From: the human T2T-CHM13v2.0 reference genome, Homo sapiens
NCBI RefSeq assembly: GCF_009914755.1
Contig: NC_060947.1
Reading direction: 5' to 3' (one strand)
DNA length: 64,000 nt
Shown here piece by piece: positions 56,130 through 64,000 of the stretch. Each line of letters opens with the position of its first letter. Position 1 is the stretch's first letter. The position numbers and the translations under genes were made by a program. The notes below the pieces were generated by a model. The model was given only the letters and a program-made list of their open reading frames with translations, made no database searches and was not told where the DNA came from.

Positions 56130-57197
56130 GTTTGCTAGAGCTGCCATAACAAAGTACGTAGACTGGATAGCCTAAATAGCAGAATTAATTTTCTCACTGT
56201 CTTGGAGGCTAGAATTCGTAGATCAAGGTATAGGAAGAGCTGGTTCCTCCTGGGGCCTCTCTCCTTGGCTTGTAAATGGCACCTTCTCCCTGTGTCCTCA
56301 CATAGTCATCCCTCTGTGTGTGTCTGTGTCCCAAGCTTTGCTTCTTATAGGGACACCAGTCTTGTTGGATCTGGGCCCACCCTAATGACTTTATTTTACC
56401 TTAATTATCTCTTTAAAGAGACTAGTCAGTTCTCCATATCTGTTGGTTCTGCATCTGTGGATTTAACCAACTGCTATTTGAAAATATTCAGAAAAAAAAT
56501 GGATGGTTGTGTCTGTACTAAACACAAACATCACATACATACTTTTTTTCTTGTTATCCTCAAACAATGGAGGAAAACAGCTATTTATATAGAATTTACA
56601 GTGTGTTGAATAATGTAAGTAATGTAGGAATGATTTAAAGCAGCGATCCCCAACGTTTTTGGCACCAGGGATAGGTTTTGTGGAAGACGATATTTCCACG
56701 GATGTGGGGTGGGGGGATGGGGAATGGTTTTGAGATGATTCAATTGCATTACATTTATGGTTGCATTCTCGTGAGGAGCACACAACCTAGATCCTTCGCA
56801 TGCGCAGTTCACAATTGGGTGCATGTTCCTACGAGAATCTAATGCTGCAGTTGATCTGACAGGCGGTGCAACTCAGACATTAGCTCACTTGCCTGCTGCT
56901 CACCTCCTGCTGTGTGACTCAATTCCTAACAGGCCATGGGACTGATACCAGTCCATGCCCTGGGGGTTGGGGATCCCTGATTTAAAGTATACAGGAGGAT
57001 GTCCATAGGTTAAACGCAAATACTACACCGTTTTACATAAGGGATTTGAGCATTCATAGATGTTGGTATCCAAGGGGGGTTCTAGAATCCATCCTCCAAG
57101 GATACCATGGGTCAACTATATCTCCAAATACACTCACATTCTATGACACTGAGGGTTGGGATTTCAGGATGTGAATTTGGGAGTGCACAACTCACAA
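56130..57197 (-). mobile_element. MLT1A-like LTR containing MER2 (about 56423-57118), which contains MER1B (56641-56979)
   Basis: MER1B termini CAGCGATCCCCAAC / GTTGGGGATCCCTG with a perfect 8-bp TSD ATTTAAAG; MLT1 sequence resumes at TCTCCAAATACA (57121). Confidence 0.85.
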
Positions 57198-58302
<1,105 letters not shown>

Positions 58303-58507
58303 AGATTTATTGCATGTATTTTCCCTCACTATGCCTTGTCTTTTTACGCTGTTGAGGACATTATTGTTATTTAGAAATTTTGAGTTTATGCAGCTGATTT
58401 TATCAATTGTTTTCTTGCTGGCTTGCAGGATTTGTCCTGGAAGGCATACTTAGCTATGAGCACACAAAAGCTCTTTCTGAAAGTTTCATGGTTGATCAAA
58501 CAATATC

Positions 58508-58918
58508 TTTCATGCGCGTCCGTGTGAAGTGACCACCAAACAGGCTTTGTGTGAGCAATAAAGCTTTTAATCACCTGGGTGCAGGTGGGCTGAGTCCAAA
58601 AAGAGAGTCAGCGAAGGGAGATAAGGGTGGGGCCGTTTTATAGGATTTGGGTAGATAAAGGAAAATTACTGTCAAAGGGGGTTGTTCTCTGTCGGTCAGG
58701 AGTGGGGGTCACAAGGTACTCAGTGGGGGAGCTTTTGAGCCAGGATGAGCCAGGAGAAGGAATTTCACAAGACAGTGTCATCAGTTAAGGCAGGAACAGG
58801 CCATTTTCACTTCTTTTGTGGTGGAATGTCATCAGTTAAGGCAGGAACCGGCCATCTGGATGTGTATGTGTAGGTCACAGGGGATATGATGGCTTAGCTT
58901 GGGCTCAGAGGCCTGACA
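58508..58918 (-). mobile_element. HERV-H 3' LTR (LTR7, 411 bp)
   Basis: TGTCAGGCCTCTGAGCCCAAG...CACACGGACGCGCATGAAA; TATAAAA 58642-58636, ATTAAA 58571-58566, PPT AGAAGACAGGAA 58930-58919. Confidence 0.96.
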
Positions 58919-59499
58919 TTCCTGTCTTCTTATATTAATAAGAAAAATAAAACGAAATAGTGGTAAAGTGTTGGGGCGGTGAAAGTTTTTGGGGACGGTA
59001 TGGAGAGAGAATGGGCGATGTTTCTCAGGGCTGCTTCGAGTGGGATTGGGGTGGCGTGGGAACCTGGAGTGGGAGAGGTTAAGCTGAAGGAAGATTTTGT
59101 GGTAAGGGGTGATATTGTGGGGTTGTTAGAAGAAACATTTATCATTTAGAATGATTGGTGATGGCCTGGGTACAGTTTTGTATGAATTGAAAAACGGAAT
59201 AAGAGAAGGAGAAAAACAGGTATTAAAGGTCTAAGAATTGGGAGGACCTAGGACATTTAATTAGAGTGCCTAAGGAGGTTCAGTATAGCCTTGCCAGTAA
59301 AGATTATTTATTTACTTCAAGAGTTTAGAGTGGCAGTTTGGGGATAGCACCAGGAGATATCAGCTGTGATGGCTTGGAGAAACAGTGTAAACCGGCAGTG
59401 TAAACAAGAGCAGGGCATGTATGAGTAGTTGAGAACGGTGAATAGGAGTATGACTAGACAGAAGATAGTAGGGATGACAAGTTTTTTTGGGGGCACAGT

Positions 59500-61660
59500 C
59501 TAAGTTGGTCCGGTGTCTGGAATGAGACTGGGGCCTAATAAAAAGGAGCGTCTATACAGGAGCTCAAATGGGCTGTACCCTGTAGCATTCTAAGGACAGG
59601 CCTGATTTCTGAGAAGGGAAAGTGGTAAAAGTATTGTCCAGTCCTTTTTAAGTTGGTGGCTGAGCTTGGTGAGGTGTGTTTTTAAAAGACCTTTAGTCCG
59701 TTCTACTTTTCCTGAAGACGGAGAACCATAAGGGATATAAAGGTTTCACTGAATACTAAGAGCCTGAAAAACTGCTTGGCTGATTTGACTAATAAAGGCT
59801 GGTCTGTTATCAGACTGTATAGAGGTGGGAAGGCTAAACTGAGGAATTATGTCTGACAGAAGGGAAGAAATGACTGCGGTGGCCTTCTCAGACCCTGTAG
59901 GAAAGGCCTGTACCTATCCAGTGAAAGTGTCTACCTAGACTAAGAGGTATTTTAGTTATCTGACTCTGGGCATGTTGAGTAAAGCTAATTTGCCAGTCCT
60001 GGGTGGGGCAAATCCTGGAGCTTGATGTGTAGGGAAGGGAGGAGGCCTGCATAATCCCTGAGGAGTAGTAGAATAGCAGATGGAACACTGAGAAGTTATT
60101 TCCTTGAGGATAGATTTCCACGATGGAAAGGAAACGAGAGGTTCTAAGAGGCGGGCTAGTGGCTTGTACTATAGCATAGCCTGCCTTTGCTGGTGTGTGG
60201 CGATTAGGCCTGGTGGAACCACCATCAATAAATCAAGCGTGATCAGGGTGAGGAACAGGAAAGAAGGAAATATGGGGAAATGGGGTGAATGTCAGGTGGA
60301 TCAGAGAGATACAGTCATGAGGGTCAGGTGTGGTATCCAGAATAATGTGGGAGGCCGGATTGAAGTTCGGGCCAGGAACAATGGTAACTGTGGGACTTAA
60401 CAAAGAGTGAGTACAGCTGAAGGAGCCGGGAAGCAGAAAGTATATGCGTCAGGTGTGAGGAAGAAAATAGATTTTGGAAGTTATGAGAAATGTAGAGAGT
60501 GAGTTGAGCATAGTTTGTGATTTTGAGGGCCTCTAAAAGTATTAAAGCAGCGGCAGCTGCTGCAAGCAGACATGAGGGCTAGGCTAAAACAGTAAGGTCA
60601 AGTTGTTTGGACAGAAAGGCTACAGGGTGCAGTCCTGGCTCTTGTGTAAAAATTCTGACCGCACTAACTATGCCTAGGAAGGAAAGGAGTTGTTGTTTTG
60701 TAAGGGATTGAGGTTTGGGAGATTAATCGGACACGATCAGCAGGGAAAACACGTGTGGTTTTATAAGAATTATGCCGAGATAGGTAACAGATGAGGATGA
60801 AATTTGGGCTTGACTGAAGTAATGGGGGCTGTCTGTGAAGCCTGTGGAAGTACAGCCCAGGTAATTTGCTGAGCCTAATGGGTGTCAGGGTCAGTCTAAG
60901 TGAAAGCAAAGAGAAGCTGGGACGAAGGGTGCAGGGGAATAGTGAAAAAGCATCTTTAAGATCGAGAACGGAATAGTGAGTTGTGGAGGAAGGTATTGAG
61001 GACGAAAGAGTGTACGGGTTTGGCACCACAGGGTGGATAGGCAAAACAATTTGGTTGATAAGGCGCAGATCCTGAACTAATCTGTAAGACTTGTCCGGTT
61101 TTAGGACAGGTAAAATGGGGGAATTGTAAGGAGAGTTTATAGGTTTTAGAAGCCCATGCTGTAGCAGGCGAGTGATAACAGGCTTTAATCCTTTTAAAGC
61201 GTGCTGTGGGATAGGATATTGGCATTGAGCGGGGTAAGGGTGATTAGGTTTTAATGGGATGGTAATGGGCATGTGATCGGTTGCCAGGGAAGGAGTAGAG
61301 ATGTCCCATACTTGTGGGTTAAGGTGGGGGGATACGAGAGGAAGACGCGAAGGAGGCTTTGGGTTGGGGAGAAGGGCGGCAATGAGATGCAGCTGTAGTC
61401 CAGGAATAGTCAGGGAAGCAGATAATTTGGTTAAAGTATCTCGGCCTAATAAGGGAACTGGGCAGGTGGGGATAACTAAAAAAGTGCAGAAAAGAGTGTT
61501 GTCCAAGTTGGCACCAGAGTGGGGGAGTTTTCAGGGGTTTAGAAGCCTGGCCGTCAATACCCACAACAGTTATGGAGGCAAGGGAAACAGGCCCTTGAAA
61601 AGAAGGTAATGTGGAGTGGGGAGCCTCCGTATTGACTAAGGGGACGGACTTACCTTCCAC
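59500..61660 (-). pseudogene. Disrupted HERV-H pro-pol (protease, partial RT, RNase H and integrase remnants)
   Basis: RT motifs SPYNSPILPV, YRLVQDLR and VLDLKDAF followed by a frameshift, no YxDD seen; protease NTEA instead of DTGA; RNase H *FIDGGS near 60230; IN DWQISFT near 59990. Confidence 0.9.
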
Positions 61661-61740
61661 TGTGAGAGTTACCCGAAGCTCGGCGTCCGTGATGGTCTAG
61701 GGGGCTTCCGAGGCAATCAGGCAGCGTCGGTCTTCAGCCG

Positions 61741-62450
61741 CTAAGCCAAGAAGATCTGGGAAGCAGTCAGACAGCCTTGGGCCAGAGTTCCAGGGGCTCT
61801 GGGAGTGGCTGCCAGGTGAGTTGGACAGTCCGATTTCCAGTGGGGTCCCACACAGATGGGACGCAGCTTAGGAGGAATCCTGGGCTGCAGGCATTCCTTG
61901 GCCTGGTGGCCAGATTTCTGGCACTTGTAGCAAGCTCCTGGGGGAGGAGGTTCTGGAGGAACGCCTGGCCGCTGCGGTTCAGGCGTTTGGAAGTTGTGTG
62001 CTGGAGATGTGGCTGGGGTTTGTCTCACCGTGGAGGCAAGGAATTGCAACTTTTTTCTATTATTGTACACCTTGAAGGCGAGGTTAATTAAATCCTGTTG
62101 TGGGGTTTGAGGGCCGGAATTTAATTTTTGGAGTTTTATTTAATGTCGGGAGCAGATTGGGTAATAAAATGTATTTTGAGAATAGGACGGCCTTTTGACC
62201 TTTTAGAGTCTAGGGCTGTAAAGCGTCTCAGGGTTGCTGCCGAACGAGCCATGAACTGGGCTGGGTTTTTCATATTTGATGAAAGAGCCTAAAGGCTCAC
62301 GGATTTGGGAGAGGTCTGATAAAGAAAAAGGAGCATTAACCTTGACTATGCCTTTAGCTTCAGCCACCTTTTTAAGAGGAAATTGCTGGGCAGGTGGAGG
62401 AGGGCTACTCACGGAATGAAATTGTAAACCAGACCAGGTGTGAGGAGGGG
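61741..62450 (-). pseudogene. Disrupted HERV-H gag
   Basis: CCHC knuckle CYKCQKSGHQAKEC (about 61891-61932); second knuckle degenerate (RPICVGPHWKSDC); frameshifts. Confidence 0.88.
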
Positions 62451-63073
62451 AGGGGAGGTGATAAAAGGATTATAGGGTGGAGGAGTGGAGGCTGAGGAAG
62501 AACTGGGACCTAGCTCGGCCTGGCGAGGAGCAGCCTGGGGAGGAGGGGAGAGGTCAGATGGGTCTGTAGAAAAGGAAGATTAGAAAGACTCAGCAATGCT
62601 TGGGGTTGGGACTGAGGGGACAGGTGGGAGGGAAAGAAGGAAGATTTGGGACGAGTTGCACTGGGGACAGAGACTAGGGAGGGACCGATGTGTAAAAGAA
62701 TGCCTGGACGTCAGACACCTCAGACCGTTTGCCCATTTTACGACAAGAATTATTTAGATCTTGCAGGATGGAAAAATTGAAAGTGCCGTTTTCTGGCTAT
62801 TTGGAACTACTGTCGAGTTTGTATTGGGGTCAAGCGGCATTGCAGAAGAAAATAAGATGCTTAGATTTTAGGTCAGGTGAGAGTTGGAGAGGTTTTAAGT
62901 TCTTAAGAACACAGGCTAAGGGAGAAGAAGGAGGAATAGAGGGTGGAAGGTTGCCCATAGTGAAGGAAGCAAGCCCAGAGAAAAGAGAGCATAAAGACAT
63001 GGAGGGAAGGGGTTTGGGGGTTCTTACCCTCCAGAAAAGCGGGAAAGGGGTCGGGGCACAGAGATACGAGGTC

Positions 63074-63205
63074 AGGGCACGGAAATAAGGGATTGGGATG
63101 CAGAGATATAAGAGGTTGGGGCGTGGAAATAAGGGATCGGGGCGCAGAGGTATAAGAGGTTGGGGCGTGGAAATAAGGGATCGGGGTGCAGAGATATAAG
63201 GGGTT
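63074..63205. repeat. Three tandem 44-bp G-rich units in the HERV-H leader/pre-gag region
   Basis: Unit GGGGCGTGGAAATAAGGGATCGGGGCGCAGAGRTATAAGAGGTT at 63074, 63118 and 63162. Confidence 0.9.
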
Positions 63206-63800
63206 GGGGTACTTGCCCCACCCCTAGAAAAGCGGGACTTGCCGCTAAGGGTGAAGGAGAAGGGGTTGGGGGTTTCTTACCCCCCAGAAAGGCGGAGAAG
63301 GGGTAGAGACAAGGAGAGAAGGGGTTGGGGTACTTGCCCCTCCTACAGAAAAGCGGGACTTGCCGCTAAGGGTGAAGGAGCAAGGCAGGCGTCCCTGCGT
63401 GGTCTGACGCCTCTGAAACATGGGTGAGTTATCAGAGAGGCGTCCCTGCAATGATTAAACACCAAGGGAAGGCTGCCTTCCCAGTCTGTGACCGGCGCTG
63501 GAGTTTTGGGTCCACGGATAAAACGTGTCTCCTTTGTCTCCACCAGAAAATGAAAGGAATTGAAATTAAAAGAAGGGAGAGATTGAAGTGTGGCGCCAAG
63601 ATTGAAAGGAGAAAGAGGTTGAGGGATAGTGAGGGAGGTTGGAGAAGAGAGTAAAAAGAGGCCGCTTACCGGATTTGAAATTGGTGAGATGTTTCTTGGG
63701 CTGGTTGGTCTGAGGACTTGAGGTCGTAGGTGGATCTTTCTCATGGAGCAAAGAGCAGGAGGACAGGGGATTGATCTCCCAAGGGAGGCCCCCCCCCACC

Positions 63801-63818
63801 ATCCGAGTCACGGCACCA
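63801..63818 (-). promoter_or_regulatory. Primer-binding site for tRNA-His
   Basis: TGGTGCCGTGACTCGGAT, complementary to the 3' 18 nt of tRNA-His(GUG), 2 nt after the 5' LTR. Confidence 0.95.
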
Positions 63819-63820
63819 AA

Positions 63821-64000
63821 TTTCATGTGCGTCCGTGTGAAGAGACCACCAAATAGGCTTTGTGTGAGCAATAAAGCTTTTAATCACCTGGGTGCAGGTG
63901 GGCTGAGTCCGAAAAGAGAGTCAGCGAAGGGAGATAAGGGTGGGGCCGTTTTATAGGATTTGGGTAGATAAAGGAAAATTACTGTCAAAGGGGGTTGTTC
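63821..64000 (-). promoter_or_regulatory. HERV-H 5' LTR (LTR7), 3' 180 bp containing TATA box, GC/GT box, R and U5
   Basis: TATAAAA 63955-63949 followed by GGCCCCACCC; 176/180 identical to the 3' LTR. Confidence 0.95.

Larger units (their letters stand above)
58508..64000 (-). mobile_element. HERV-H provirus, common deleted type (about 5.7 kb), cut by the window end within the 5' LTR
   Basis: Two LTR7-type LTRs, tRNA-His PBS, PPT, and gag zinc-knuckle, pro, RT, RNase H, IN and env remnants. Confidence 0.97.

Noticed and set aside
60664-61506. 280-aa RT-like ORF as a functional reverse transcriptase
   Set aside because: Non-ATG start, frameshift after DLKDAF, no catalytic YxDD, and an upstream protease lacking the catalytic Asp; the provirus is of the deleted type.
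63074-63205. Regular repeats beside an RT as a CRISPR-, retron- or DGR-like system
   Set aside because: The units are contiguous with no unique spacers and lie inside a vertebrate endogenous retrovirus; nothing in the window looks prokaryotic.
58508-64000. Identity with the Xp22.3 HERV-H reported in gastrointestinal cancers
   Set aside because: Several HERV-H copies lie in Xp22.3 and I recall that one being more distal; the sequence alone cannot establish this.

Overview
Primate (very probably human) Xp22.3 genomic DNA; no intact protein-coding exon is present. The window covers the 5' end of NLGN4X on the minus strand: two non-coding alternative first exons that I recognise from memory of NLGN4X mRNA (about 14835-15160 and 13985-14143), a CpG island (about 12340-14150) and the first 14 kb of intron 1. 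The remaining ~49 kb upstream is dense in repeats: Alu, L1, L2, MIR, MaLR/MLT2 LTRs, hAT/mariner DNA transposons and microsatellites. It ends in a deletion-type HERV-H provirus (58508 to beyond 64000) with LTR7-type LTRs, a perfect tRNA-His PBS and intact splice signals, oriented toward NLGN4X. Best leads: (1) a possible HERV-H/LTR7-driven enhancer or chimeric promoter for NLGN4X, predicted to be X-only and absent at NLGN4Y; (2) an inverted local copy of a twin-primed L1 that includes its own inversion junction; (3) uORF-loaded alternative first exons; (4) a CpG-retaining free Alu monomer with an intact B box; (5) spacerless palindromes and nested transposons. Repeat subfamily names come from recalled consensus sequences, not a database search. 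I found no evidence for a wholly new gene system; the findings are testable regulatory or evolutionary hypotheses.
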